Positions 9,362 to 19,283 of a stretch of 61,723 nt of DNA are shown here, piece by piece (the first letter of the stretch is position 1; every line of letters starts with the position of its first letter). Under the pieces are notes generated by a model. It did no database searches, was not told where the DNA came from, and saw only the letters and a list, made by a program, of their open reading frames with translations. The DNA comes from an uncultured Vicinamibacterales bacterium. GTDB lineage: Bacteria > Acidobacteriota > Vicinamibacteria > Vicinamibacterales > JAKQTR01. Location: contig CAZJRM010000002.1 in the NCBI GenBank assembly GCA_964547975.1, positions 1 to 61,723 on the forward strand, in the 5' to 3' direction. The translations under genes and the position numbers were made by a program.

Positions 9362-10737
9362 CGACGACCCGCCCGCCGCGGCGCGTGCTGTTCATCGCGT
9401 ACGCCTTTCCTCCGGTCGGGGGCGCGGGTGTCCAGCGCGTGGCCAAGTTCGTAAAGTACCTGCCGGCGTTCGGGTGGCAGGCATCGGTGCTCACGCCCTC
9501 GAACCCGTCGGTCCCGGTGATGGACGACACGCTCGTGCACGATATTCCGCCCGAGACGATCGTCCGGAGAGCGCCGACACTTGAACCGTCCTATGCGGTC
9601 AAGAACCTCGTGTCGGCCGGAACCGCCGGGACGCGGGCGGCCTCGCCGGGCCTGCGGAGCCTGGTCCGGAGCGCGGCGCGCAGTATCCTCATCCGCCTGC
9701 TCCAGCCCGATCCCCAGGTGCTCTGGTATCCGGGCGCCGTCCGTGAAGGCAGGCGCCTGCTTCGGGACACGCCGCACGACGCCATCCTGGCCAGCGGCCC
9801 GCCGTTCTCGAGTTTCCTCGTCGGCGCGGCCCTGAGCCGCGCGTCCGGCCTCCCGCTCGTGCTGGACTACCGGGATGAGTGGGGGCTCTCAAACCGGTTC
9901 CTTGAGAACAAGGGATACGGGCGTCTCGCGCTGGCGTTCCAGGCCCGACTCCAGCGGCGTGCCGCGCGCGCCGCAAGCGCACTTGTCGCGACCACGACAT
10001 CGAGTGCGGCATCCGTCGCCACCGTCGCGCGCGACGCCGGCGGCCTGGCCGAAGTCGCCTGCATCTGCAACGGATTCGATCCAGACGACTTCCCTGCTCC
10101 GGACGCGCAGACGCGCACCGGCGATCGGTTCCGCATCGTCTACACCGGCACGTTGTGGAACCTGACGTCGGTCGCCCCGCTCGTCGATGCGGTCGAGCGG
10201 CTCTGCCGGGAGACGCCGCAGCTGGCGACACGGCTCGAACTGGTGTTCGCGGGCCGCCGGACGGCGGACCAGCAGGCGATGCTCGCGCGTCTCGGTGGAC
10301 TGCCGGTCAGGCTGGTCGAACACGACTACGTCGGTCATGACGTGGTGATCGGCCTGATGCAGTCGGCGGACCTGTTGTGCGCGCTGCTCACGGGAGCCGC
10401 GGGCGCCGAGCGCGTCCTGCCGGGAAAGATCTTCGAGTACATGGCGGCCCGGCGTCCAATCCTGACGCTTGCCCCGCCGGGCGATCTGTGGGAGGTCGTC
10501 GAGCACTACCCGTCATCGGCCCGGTTCGATCCGCAGGACGTGGCCGGGCTGACCACGTTCCTGGCGCGCAAGCTCGAGCGGTTCGAACCCGGGCTCGCCA
10601 GTCCGCCGCAGGACTGGGACGACCCTCGGTACAATCGCCGCGAACAGGCGGGCGAGCTGGCGGCGCTGCTGGGCCGGATCACGAGGCGGCCCACCGGTGC
10701 GACTGCGGCAACACCTGCCGGGGACACTCCCGCATGA
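9358..10737 (+). CDS. glycosyltransferase (GT-B fold, GT4-like)
   Basis: ATG 9358 overlaps the upstream stop (ATGA). RVLFIAYAFPPVGGAGVQRVAKF at the N-terminus. 459 aa. Confidence 0.75.
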   Translation: MTTTRPPRRVLFIAYAFPPVGGAGVQRVAKFVKYLPAFGWQASVLTPSNPSVPVMDDTLVHDIPPETIVRRAPTLEPSYAVKNLVSAGTAGTRAASPGLRSLVRSAARSILIRLLQPDPQVLWYPGAVREGRRLLRDTPHDAILASGPPFSSFLVGAALSRASGLPLVLDYRDEWGLSNRFLENKGYGRLALAFQARLQRRAARAASALVATTTSSAASVATVARDAGGLAEVACICNGFDPDDFPAPDAQTRTGDRFRIVYTGTLWNLTSVAPLVDAVERLCRETPQLATRLELVFAGRRTADQQAMLARLGGLPVRLVEHDYVGHDVVIGLMQSADLLCALLTGAAGAERVLPGKIFEYMAARRPILTLAPPGDLWEVVEHYPSSARFDPQDVAGLTTFLARKLERFEPGLASPPQDWDDPRYNRREQAGELAALLGRITRRPTGATAATPAGDTPA

Positions 10738-12053
10738 CCTACGTGCTCTGCCTGATTTACGTGGCGATCATCTACATCCGGCCCGGTGAGATCATCCCGG
10801 GCTGGATCGGGTTCCCGTTTCTCCAGGTCGCCGCCGCGGCCGCGCTGGTCTCGGCCGTCTTCTCGATCCTGTTGAACCCGAGACGCGTGCTCGAGTTGCC
10901 CAACGACTGGTGTTTTCTCGGGTTCTTCGTCGCGGTGATTCTCTCGAATCCCGCCTGGGGCTGGTTCGGAGGCGGCGCCGAGGCGTTCCGGCGACTCCAG
11001 CCGCTGCTCTGGTTCTACCTGCTGATCAGGCTTGCCGTCACGACCCCGCGCCAGCTCCGGATCCTGATGGGATTCGTCGTGGTGCTGACGTTGTTCCAGG
11101 CGTCCAACGGCATCCTGCAGTACTACACGGGCACCGGCTTCGGCGGGTCGACCGCCCACGTCCGTGTGATGACCGCCGAAGACCGGCTGGCCCAGGGTGA
11201 GCCCGAAGGAGAAGAGGCGCCGGAAGAAGTCCGCCGCGTCCGGGGAACCGGGATCTTCGGGGACCCGAACGACCTCGCGATGAGCCTCGTGCTGGTCATC
11301 CCGTTCCTGATGAGCGGCATCTTCGGCGCTGGTGTCAACCCGTTCAGGCGGGTCCTCTCCCTGGGGGCGCTCGGCGCCCTCGGGTTCACGCTGGTGCTGA
11401 CGCAGTCGCGGGGCGGCATGGTGGGCGCCGCGGCCATGTTTGCCGCCTACGCATCCAAACGCGTCGGCAAGACCGTGGCGGCCGGAGCGGTCGTCCTCGT
11501 GGTCCTCATCGCGCTGGCCGCGGGTCCGTCACGTTTCCAGGAGATCGATTCCACCGAGTCGTCTGCGCAGGGTCGAATCCAGGCCTGGGCCGAAGGCCTG
11601 GCGATGCTGCGGTCGAGCCCCATCCTGGGCGTCGGCTACGGGCGGTTCATCGAGTTCCATTCGCTGGTGGCCCACAACTCTTTCGTGCACACCCTCGGAG
11701 AAACGGGGTTGGTGGGCGGGTTCTTCTTCGTCGGCATCTTCTACTGGTTCTTCGTCGGCCACAGCACCAGACGGAACATCTCCGGGGCCGCCTCCTCCCG
11801 TCTTGCCCTGGACCTCTGGGCCAGCGGCGTTGGCGTGACCGTCTGCGCGATGTTCCTGTCACGCCAGTACAGCCCGGTGCTCTACGTGCCGCTCGTCATG
11901 GGTGCGGCGCGCATCAGTGTCGAGCGCGCTCAGGGAGAGCCGGGGTTCCAGACCGGTTTCGACTGGTTCAAACAGCTGGTCCTCACGGGCGGCGGCGTGG
12001 TCGCCACGTACCTGGCGGTGCGGCTGCTCGCCGTGTGGTCCTCATCACACTGA
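10734..12053 (+). CDS. O-antigen ligase / Wzy-like polymerase family membrane protein
   Basis: ATG 10734 overlaps the upstream stop (ATGA). Polytopic membrane protein with an LTQSRGGMVGAAAM Wzy_C-like segment. Confidence 0.8.
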   Translation: MTYVLCLIYVAIIYIRPGEIIPGWIGFPFLQVAAAAALVSAVFSILLNPRRVLELPNDWCFLGFFVAVILSNPAWGWFGGGAEAFRRLQPLLWFYLLIRLAVTTPRQLRILMGFVVVLTLFQASNGILQYYTGTGFGGSTAHVRVMTAEDRLAQGEPEGEEAPEEVRRVRGTGIFGDPNDLAMSLVLVIPFLMSGIFGAGVNPFRRVLSLGALGALGFTLVLTQSRGGMVGAAAMFAAYASKRVGKTVAAGAVVLVVLIALAAGPSRFQEIDSTESSAQGRIQAWAEGLAMLRSSPILGVGYGRFIEFHSLVAHNSFVHTLGETGLVGGFFFVGIFYWFFVGHSTRRNISGAASSRLALDLWASGVGVTVCAMFLSRQYSPVLYVPLVMGAARISVERAQGEPGFQTGFDWFKQLVLTGGGVVATYLAVRLLAVWSSSH

Positions 12054-12057
12054 CGCC

Positions 12058-13254
12058 TCACGAAGGACGCGACGTCGGTTGCGGCTCGGCTGCCGCGGGA
12101 CCAGGCAGCCACGTCCGCACGAGAACATCGGCGACCGCACGGCCAACCAGGTCCGCGCCGGCCGGCGTCAGGTGGAACTGGTCGTAGTAGTACTCCGGGC
12201 CGCACGGCACGACGGCATCGAGGTCGACGTACGGGACCCCCAGGTCCTGTGCGACGTCGCGGGCCGTCCCATTCACCGTCCACGCGAGGGTGTCGAGGAC
12301 CCGCTCGGAATAGTAGGTCGTCACCGGGCCCGCCGCCGGATCGCCGACCGCGCCGTTCCAGAACTGCTTCCGATCGTCATCCGACGCCTGGGCGCTGTCG
12401 AAGTGGGGCTGTCCCGTCACGATGACGGCCGCGCCGCGGGAGGTGAGGTCCCGGATCACCGCGGCGAGGTTTCGGCGGTACTCCCGCAGCATCGGCGTGG
12501 GGTCCGGCGCCTCGTCGATGATGGTCGTTGCGCGCTGGCGGCGGGCTCGCGACTGGACGACCGAGGCGCCGACGTTGCTGCGGCGCACGATGGGCGTGCG
12601 CCACTGTTCCCACCGCGTCCGGATCCGGCGACCGAGTTCGGTGACGGCAAGTGCTCGCGGCGACCACGAGAACGGGCCTTCGGGATGGACGTAGAACACG
12701 TCGGTGTACGTCGACTCCGGAACGGTCGGCGGCGTTCCGAGCCTGAGCCACCTGAGCATGTCGCTGATGCCGAACATCAGGATCACCGCGTCGAGGCGCG
12801 GATACCGGCTCAGCGTGTGCCGGACGATCAGCCGGGCGCCGTGGCTCGTCAACTCCGACTGGCCCAGGTTTCCCACGTGCAGGCCTGACGCGCCCATGGC
12901 GTCGGGCACGCCGCGTTCACGAAGGACCGCGGCGATCCGCTCGGGCCACGTGGCCGGCTGATCGACGAAGAAGCACTGCGTCGCGCTGCCGCCCACGACC
13001 GCAATCCGAACGGTCCGCTCCGGATCGGCGGGGCCTTCGTCGCCACGCTCGCCGGCGCTGTTGGTTTCGTAGCGGATGGAGGGCTCCATGTGCGGCGAGA
13101 GCCCGGGGTCCAGTTGCAGCCATCGTTTCTGGTGAGGCACGTTGACCAGGTACCGGCCGCGCAGCCGGAGTCCGGCACGCGCGGCGAATTCCGCCACGAC
13201 CACCACCGCCACCGCACCGGCCACTGCCGCCAGCCACACCGTCATCCCCGCCAC
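12058..13254 (-). CDS. membrane-anchored SGNH/GDSL-type hydrolase (putative EPS esterase/acyl-modifying enzyme)
   Basis: N-terminal TM helix. IAVVGGSAT (block I-like) and DQFHLT (DxxH block V) are present. Confidence 0.7.
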   Translation of the reverse strand: MAGMTVWLAAVAGAVAVVVVAEFAARAGLRLRGRYLVNVPHQKRWLQLDPGLSPHMEPSIRYETNSAGERGDEGPADPERTVRIAVVGGSATQCFFVDQPATWPERIAAVLRERGVPDAMGASGLHVGNLGQSELTSHGARLIVRHTLSRYPRLDAVILMFGISDMLRWLRLGTPPTVPESTYTDVFYVHPEGPFSWSPRALAVTELGRRIRTRWEQWRTPIVRRSNVGASVVQSRARRQRATTIIDEAPDPTPMLREYRRNLAAVIRDLTSRGAAVIVTGQPHFDSAQASDDDRKQFWNGAVGDPAAGPVTTYYSERVLDTLAWTVNGTARDVAQDLGVPYVDLDAVVPCGPEYYYDQFHLTPAGADLVGRAVADVLVRTWLPGPAAAEPQPTSRPS

Positions 13255-13281
13255 TCCTCCCCGACTCCAGACGTGTCCCGC

Positions 13282-14754
13282 TCAGTTCGCCGCGACGGGT
13301 GCGCGACCGCGACCGAGGAAGCCCTTCACGAGGCCGACCAGTTCCATCAGCGTCGCCCGGTTGAACAGCAGCGCGCCGCCGAGGAACATCACGGCGCCAA
13401 CCGGAATCTCGATGAACAGCGCCGCCCGCGGAGGGACGGGCCCCATCATCGCCTCGAGCACCTGGACGCCAAGGACCGCCGCCACCATCGGCACGCAGGC
13501 GACCATCGCTCGCATGAAGGCCTGCAGGAACGGCGCCATGGCGGCCTTGTGTTGACGACGGAGCCCGAGCCACATGAACGTGAGATGTCCGAGGAACGCG
13601 ATGTCCACCGCGGCGCACGCCCACAGCGGCCCCAGGCGACCGATCACGAACAAGCCGCCCAGCAGGATGGCGAGGCGCGTCACGCTGGCGAGCATGACGT
13701 ACGGCGTCCGGCCTTCCGCCTTGTAGAACGCCCTGAACGTCCACCCGATCGGCAACACCGCGGCATGCAGGCTCAGCACGGCGAGCATCGGGCCGAGCAG
13801 CGCCCATTTCTCAGGAAAGAGCGCGGCCACCACCGTATGCGAGACGCTCGCGAGGCCGAACGCCAGCGGCATGACGACCAGCGCCATGGCCGACGCGGCC
13901 CGGACCAGCGCCTGGGCGCGGTGCCTGGGTTCGACCCGGGAGAACGAGGGAAACAGCACGTCGGCAATGTGTTCGGCCACGCCCAGCGTGGAGGTCTGCG
14001 ACAGGTTGTAGGCGAGGTTGTACGCGCCCATGACACCCGCGCCGTGGAACCGCGATACCAGCAGGTTGTCCCACCGGCTGGTGGCGAAGTCCATCATGTT
14101 CGCGCCCGCCAGAGGATAGCTGTAATTCACCATCCGCACGACGGTGTCCCAGGACAGCTTCACCGGCCGGATCCACCGGCGATCGGCCGCCGCGAGCAGC
14201 ACGATCATCACGAGCGCCGACCGGCCGAGGCCGCCGAATACCATCGCCATGGCTCCGTACTTGGACACGAAGCCCAGCGAGAGCGCCGCGTAGAGGAGTT
14301 CGCCGAAGCCCTTCGTCAGGGCGATCAGGCGGAAGCGCATGTCGCGCGCGAGGGACTTCTCGGGCACGATCCCGAGTACGTCGAACAACCCGGCCAGCGC
14401 GTAACCCGGCATGTACTGCGCCATCGCCGGTGCCCCGAGGAACGGGCCGAGCGGGTCGCGCAGGAGGAACACACCGAAGATCGCGGCCCAGCCGAGCACG
14501 ACGTGCAGGAGGGCCGCGTGAAACGCCACGCCGTCTTCCTTGTAGCCCCTCGCGATCAGGTACTGACCGAACTGGAGGTTCGAGAGCTGGACGGCCGTGC
14601 CGACACAGATGACTGCCGTCGACACCTCGCCGTAGTCGGTCGGGCTCATGAACCTCGCCAGCACCAGCGTGCTCACCAGGCCCACGACCCGGGCTCCGAG
14701 CCCGGTCACGGTATTCCACGCCACCGCTTTGGCTACCTGCGCGACACTCGACAC
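13282..14754 (-). CDS. Wzx-type polysaccharide flippase (PST/MOP family)
   Basis: 490 aa and polytopic. The N-terminus AKAVAWNTVTGLGARVVGLVSTLVLARFMSPTDYG is typical of PST transporters. Confidence 0.85.
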   Translation of the reverse strand: MSSVAQVAKAVAWNTVTGLGARVVGLVSTLVLARFMSPTDYGEVSTAVICVGTAVQLSNLQFGQYLIARGYKEDGVAFHAALLHVVLGWAAIFGVFLLRDPLGPFLGAPAMAQYMPGYALAGLFDVLGIVPEKSLARDMRFRLIALTKGFGELLYAALSLGFVSKYGAMAMVFGGLGRSALVMIVLLAAADRRWIRPVKLSWDTVVRMVNYSYPLAGANMMDFATSRWDNLLVSRFHGAGVMGAYNLAYNLSQTSTLGVAEHIADVLFPSFSRVEPRHRAQALVRAASAMALVVMPLAFGLASVSHTVVAALFPEKWALLGPMLAVLSLHAAVLPIGWTFRAFYKAEGRTPYVMLASVTRLAILLGGLFVIGRLGPLWACAAVDIAFLGHLTFMWLGLRRQHKAAMAPFLQAFMRAMVACVPMVAAVLGVQVLEAMMGPVPPRAALFIEIPVGAVMFLGGALLFNRATLMELVGLVKGFLGRGRAPVAAN

Positions 14755-14798
14755 GGAACTCCCCTCATCGGCGCACGTCTCGCCGGATCGAACGACTC

Positions 14799-15950
14799 TT
14801 ACTCGACCGCCAAGTGTCCGGCCTGGCCTCCGGCCACGCCGGACACGGGCGGTCTGGGATACCGATAGTCACGGAACGCGCCAGGGTTGCCGGGCTTCCC
14901 GTCTTCGGCCGCGTGGATGATGTTGACCATCTCGCGGGCCGTCACGTAGTGGAGCCGGTACCGTCGGCCGTCGTTGAAGGCCGCGCCAATCGCCCGATGG
15001 AACGCCTTCATGCCGGGCCCGAGGAGCATCTCGGCGTTCTTTTCCGGTGCCCCGTGGGTATGCACCTTCACGAAGACCCATTCCGGCCGTCCCTCGACGG
15101 TCACCCCCGCCGATACCCACTCGGCGAACCTCGCGAGGGTCGCCGGCGCCCCGCCGTCGAGGGCACCCGTCTCCAGGCGCGGGGCCAGCCCCCACTTCGC
15201 GTTGCGCCAGGACAGGCCCAGCGGCCCCTGGACCATCAACAGCGACTCGGCCGCCGGACGGCGTCCCACGCCCGCCCGCACGCCGCGATCGTGCGCCTTC
15301 GGACTCGGCGCCGTCGTCGAGGCGTAGTAGATCTGGTTGACCGTCCGTGTCTGCGCGGGAGACGGCGCCGCCGGATTGGTGAAATCGGCGTAGCACCCGG
15401 TGTCGGCCAGCACGGCCAGTTCACCGTTCACGCCGCATCGACGCCGGTCGGGCCGCGAGTTGTCGAGCGCCCAGTTCCCGTGGATGAACCCGTATCGGAG
15501 CCGGCCGGCCGCGTCACGCGACAGGAAGCCGTGCTGCGCGTGGAGCAGCGACGCGAAGTCCTTCAGGCTGGCCGCCAGGTTCCCGGGCGTGTCGTTGTCA
15601 TGATGAAGGTGGATTTCGACTTCGCCGAAACCGCCGCGGCAGATCTCGGCAAGCCGATCGAGGTACCCGGTCCGGTACTCTTCAATCGGGAAGAAAAACG
15701 TGTGCTGCGGATGTCGTCCGTCGGCGTCGACGAACTCGCGGGCCAGTGCCGGATACCTCCGGTGCCAGGCGTCGACGCGGGCCGCACCGATGGGCTCGGA
15801 GACCTTGCCGTGCAGCGGTTCGTAGTGGTCCGTGATGGCGAGCAGGATGTCGGTCACGCCACGAACGCGGGCGCGCGCCCTGGCGGCTCGGACGACAGAC
15901 CGGACGTAGTCGCTGAGCCAGATCTCGGCGTGGCGCGGGAGGGTCGGCAC
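14799..15950 (-). CDS. hypothetical protein, His-rich putative metal-dependent carbohydrate deacetylase/hydrolase-like
   Basis: 383-aa ORF in operon position between the priming transferase and the flippase. Motifs ITDHYEP, HLHHDND, IHGNWALD and VHTHG are present. No family was recognised with confidence. Confidence 0.6.
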   Translation of the reverse strand: MPTLPRHAEIWLSDYVRSVVRAARARARVRGVTDILLAITDHYEPLHGKVSEPIGAARVDAWHRRYPALAREFVDADGRHPQHTFFFPIEEYRTGYLDRLAEICRGGFGEVEIHLHHDNDTPGNLAASLKDFASLLHAQHGFLSRDAAGRLRYGFIHGNWALDNSRPDRRRCGVNGELAVLADTGCYADFTNPAAPSPAQTRTVNQIYYASTTAPSPKAHDRGVRAGVGRRPAAESLLMVQGPLGLSWRNAKWGLAPRLETGALDGGAPATLARFAEWVSAGVTVEGRPEWVFVKVHTHGAPEKNAEMLLGPGMKAFHRAIGAAFNDGRRYRLHYVTAREMVNIIHAAEDGKPGNPGAFRDYRYPRPPVSGVAGGQAGHLAVE

Positions 15951-15962
15951 GGGCGTTCCTCC

Positions 15963-17360
15963 CTACGATCCGGACCGCGTCAGCACGGTCTTGATCGTCT
16001 CGAAGATGATGTACAGATCCAGCGCCGCCGACATGTTCTTGATGTAGTAGAGATCGTACTGGAGTTTCTCGATGGTGTCCTCGACGCTGGCGCCGTACGC
16101 GTAGCGGACCTGCGCCCAGCCGGTCAGACCCGGCCTCACGACGTGGCGCTGGCCGTAATACGGAATCTGTGCCGTCAGGCCCGTCACGAATTCCGGACGC
16201 TCCGGCCTCGGGCCGACGAGACTCATGTCGCCGCGGAGGACGTTCCACAGCTGCGGGAGTTCGTCCAGGCGTGTGCGCCGGAGCACGGCCCCGACCCGGG
16301 TCACGCGCGGGTCCTTGCCCGGCGTCGCCCAGACGGCGCCGGTCTTCGCCTCGGCATCCACGCGCATCGAACGGAACTTGTAGATCGTGAAAACCCTGCC
16401 GCCCAGCCCGACACGCTGCTGGCTGTACAGCACCGGACCGGGCGACGACAGCCGGATCGCCAGCGCCGACAAGCCGATGAAGGGCGACAGCACCAGGAGC
16501 ATGAAGAAGCCGGCCGCGAGGTCCACGGCCCGCTTGACGCCCTTGAGCGCCGTGACCTGCTCGAAGCCGTCACTGAAGATGAGCCAGCTGGGCCGCAGGT
16601 TCTCGACGGCGATCTTGCCCGTGTACTGTTCGTAGACCGTCGGCAACTGGGCGAACGACACACCCGCCATGCGCATCGACAGCAGTTCGTCCATCGACAG
16701 CTTGCCGCGGGCATCCCGCAGGCTCACGACGACCCGGTCGACGTTGTCCCGCGCGACAATGGCGGGAATGTCCTTCACCGTGCCGATGACGCTCAGTCCG
16801 GCGAGGGGGACGCCCACCTGCGCCGGATCGGGATCGACGAAGCCGCAAATCGCCACGCCCAGGTCCGCCTGGCGCGCGAGCAGTTCTTCGGCCAGCCGGA
16901 CCGCCGCGGGGTTCGTCCCGACGATGAGCAGGCGTTCCTTGGGGCCCGCGTGCCCCGACAACCACGCGAACGCGTACCGCCAGCCGATGATCAGCCCGAC
17001 GATCAGGATGGCCGAGAGCACGAACACGCCGCGGCCGATGATCAGGGCACCGAACCAGTAGTAGAGGCCCGCGAGCACGAGGGAGGCGACGCCGAGCGCG
17101 TTGAGCGTCCGCACGAACAACTCGCGGTGGTCCGCCAGCCGGCGCAGGTCGTAGAGGTCGGCGTAGTACAGGGAGATCTGACAGACGGCCGCGATGACCA
17201 GGGCTTTCAGGAACCCCCGGTCCAGCCACATGACGTACTCGGCTTCATCACGGCCGAGCCGGATCCACGCCGCCAGCACGACGGCCCCGACGATGAGGAG
17301 CCCTTCGCACACGACGAGCGCGACGGTGCGCCACGTTGGACGAAGTGAGCGAGTAACCAT
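15963..17360 (-). CDS. polyprenyl-phosphate glycosyl-1-phosphate transferase (bacterial sugar transferase, EPS priming enzyme)
   Basis: N-terminal TM helices plus the C-terminal [26 protein letters not shown]...[22 protein letters not shown]. Confidence 0.9.
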   Translation of the reverse strand: MVTRSLRPTWRTVALVVCEGLLIVGAVVLAAWIRLGRDEAEYVMWLDRGFLKALVIAAVCQISLYYADLYDLRRLADHRELFVRTLNALGVASLVLAGLYYWFGALIIGRGVFVLSAILIVGLIIGWRYAFAWLSGHAGPKERLLIVGTNPAAVRLAEELLARQADLGVAICGFVDPDPAQVGVPLAGLSVIGTVKDIPAIVARDNVDRVVVSLRDARGKLSMDELLSMRMAGVSFAQLPTVYEQYTGKIAVENLRPSWLIFSDGFEQVTALKGVKRAVDLAAGFFMLLVLSPFIGLSALAIRLSSPGPVLYSQQRVGLGGRVFTIYKFRSMRVDAEAKTGAVWATPGKDPRVTRVGAVLRRTRLDELPQLWNVLRGDMSLVGPRPERPEFVTGLTAQIPYYGQRHVVRPGLTGWAQVRYAYGASVEDTIEKLQYDLYYIKNMSAALDLYIIFETIKTVLTRSGS

Positions 17361-17381
17361 CCCTGGTACACAACCGACGCG

Positions 17382-18344
17382 TCAGGATGCCTTCGGCGCC
17401 TTGCGGTGGTAGTAGCCGTAGTAGCTGCCGTACCCGGACGTGACCCGCTGGACACGGTTGAGCACGACACCCACGACCTTCGACGATTCGAGCGACGCGA
17501 CCGCACGCTGGATGTCCTGATACGCCGTCTTGGCCGCTTCGACCACGACGACGATCCCGTCGGCGAACTCCGAGACGAGACGGGCGTCGGACACCAGCCC
17601 GATCGGCGGCGTGTCGATGATCACCCAGTCGAAGTCCTCCCGCGCCTTCGCGAGCAGGTCCCGCAACCGTCCCGAGGTCAGCGCGCTCGTCGGATCGGCC
17701 AGGACGTGACCGCTCGGCAAGTACGTCAGGTTCGGCGAGATCTCCAGGACCGGCGACGAGGACACGGCCACGCCGGTCAGCGCCTCGCTCAGCCCGGCCC
17801 CGGCGTGGACGCCGAAAACGGAATGCAGCGAAGGGCGGCGGAGGTCCGCGTCGACGACCAGCACACGATGCTGGTACGAATCGCTCAGCGTGAGCGCCAG
17901 GTTCGTGGCCGTCAGGCTCTTGCCTTCGCCCGGCATCGCGCTCGTCACCACGACCACCTTCAGACCGCGCTCGGCCTGGGCGTAGTACAGCGTCGCGGCG
18001 AGTTTCCGGTACTGCTCCACGGCCACCGCCAGCGCCGGGTTGTCATCGGCGTCGGCTGACACCACCAGCTTCTCGCCGGCTGCCGTGGCGTGCACCCGGA
18101 ACCACTCCCCGATTCTCGTCGCGAAGGGAGCCGAGCGTTCGGGGCCGCGTGAGCGGCGATCCCCGCCCGCCTGCGGCTGAACGGCCACCACCGGCCGCTC
18201 CTCCTGCGCTTCGGCCGGCACGTCGAGCCTCCACGGCACCGAGAAGCCGGGTTGTCCGCCCCCGGTCGTCTGCTCGGCCTCCGGCGGGATGATCGGCGCA
18301 TGTCCATCGGACGCCCGTTGCAGGGCCTCGTGCAGGCGGCTCAT
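17382..18344 (-). CDS. BY-kinase-type tyrosine autokinase (P-loop ATPase of the EPS co-polymerase)
   Basis: Walker A MPGEGKS, A' VLVVDADLRRP, B VIIDTPP and the C-terminal Tyr cluster GYGSYYGYYH are present. The ATG at 18344 overlaps the upstream stop (ATGA). The longer ORF to 18413 was rejected. Confidence 0.85.
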   Translation of the reverse strand: MSRLHEALQRASDGHAPIIPPEAEQTTGGGQPGFSVPWRLDVPAEAQEERPVVAVQPQAGGDRRSRGPERSAPFATRIGEWFRVHATAAGEKLVVSADADDNPALAVAVEQYRKLAATLYYAQAERGLKVVVVTSAMPGEGKSLTATNLALTLSDSYQHRVLVVDADLRRPSLHSVFGVHAGAGLSEALTGVAVSSSPVLEISPNLTYLPSGHVLADPTSALTSGRLRDLLAKAREDFDWVIIDTPPIGLVSDARLVSEFADGIVVVVEAAKTAYQDIQRAVASLESSKVVGVVLNRVQRVTSGYGSYYGYYHRKAPKAS

Positions 18345-19279
18345 CGGGGTACCTCGCTCGTTGCCGGACGCGATCCGCGTTCCATCGTCTCTCCAAGTCC
18401 TTCGAAATCCCACGGGTGCTCGTCTTTGGCCGAGGCCGGTCGACGAGCCGCCGCGCCGCGGCCGGGTTCCTCGAGGCGGAAATCCGCCGCCACCTCTTCG
18501 ACGGTCCCCTGGCCGATGGGCCGTTCCCCACCGGCAAACCCGCTGAGCATCGCGTTGTCGCAGACGACGCTGATGGTCCTCGGAATCCCCTGAGACCGTT
18601 TGTGCACGGCCAGGATGGCCTCGCGCGAGAAGATCGTCACGGGGTCCCCGCCGGCCTTGCGGATTCGGCCGGCGATGTACGCCGCCGTTTCCTCGACGAC
18701 GAACGGCCCGAGGTCCGCGCGGAGGGCCACGCGCTGCTTCAGCTGGCGCAGGTCCTTGTTATCCAGCTTGTCCGCCAGTTCGGGTTGGCCGGCCATCACG
18801 ACGGGCAGCAGCTTGTCGGTGGCGGTCTCGAGATTCGCCAGCAGCCGGATCTCCTCGAGCAGTTCGAACGAGAGGCTCTGCGCTTCGTCGATCACGAGGG
18901 CGATCCGCTCGCCGTTCTGATTTCGCTCGACCAGCAGGCGCTCGAAACTCAACAGGAACCGCGCCTTCGAGCCGGCGGTCTCGCGCGGCATGCCGAATCG
19001 CGCCGCCAGGAACTCGTAGAACTCCCCGCGCGTCAATGCCGGGTTGTTCAGATACACGCAGCGCGAGCCGTCCTTGGCGAGCGACTCGATTACCGATCGG
19101 ACGACGGTCGTCTTCCCGGTCCCCGCCTCACCGACGAGCAGCGTGATGCCCTTGCGGCCGCTGATCCCGTAATGCACGACGCTCAGCGCCTCGAGGTGAC
19201 GCCTCGACAGGTACATGAACCTCGGATTGGGCGTCAGGTCGAATGGCCGCTCGGCCAGTCCGTAGAACTTCTCGTACAT
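18341..19279 (-). CDS. ExeA/GspA-like AAA ATPase, PEP-CTERM-locus secretion ATPase type
   Basis: MYEKFYGLAERPFDLTPNPRFMY at the N-terminus, Walker A GEAGTGKT and Walker B LVIDEAQ. Confidence 0.85.
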   Translation of the reverse strand: MYEKFYGLAERPFDLTPNPRFMYLSRRHLEALSVVHYGISGRKGITLLVGEAGTGKTTVVRSVIESLAKDGSRCVYLNNPALTRGEFYEFLAARFGMPRETAGSKARFLLSFERLLVERNQNGERIALVIDEAQSLSFELLEEIRLLANLETATDKLLPVVMAGQPELADKLDNKDLRQLKQRVALRADLGPFVVEETAAYIAGRIRKAGGDPVTIFSREAILAVHKRSQGIPRTISVVCDNAMLSGFAGGERPIGQGTVEEVAADFRLEEPGRGAAARRPASAKDEHPWDFEGLGETMERGSRPATSEVPR

Positions 19280-19283
19280 CGGA

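Noticed and set aside
14814-17348. Very long ORFs antisense to, or out of frame with, the called genes. Examples: 14814-17348 (844 aa), 20993-23077, 31840-33747, 37127-40099 (990 aa), 43179-45155, 46026-47954, 51123-52724.
   Set aside because: Their translations are Arg/Pro/Gly/Ala/His-rich low-complexity strings without recognisable motifs. Such open frames are expected in very GC-rich DNA. The opposite or alternative frames carry clear family signatures.
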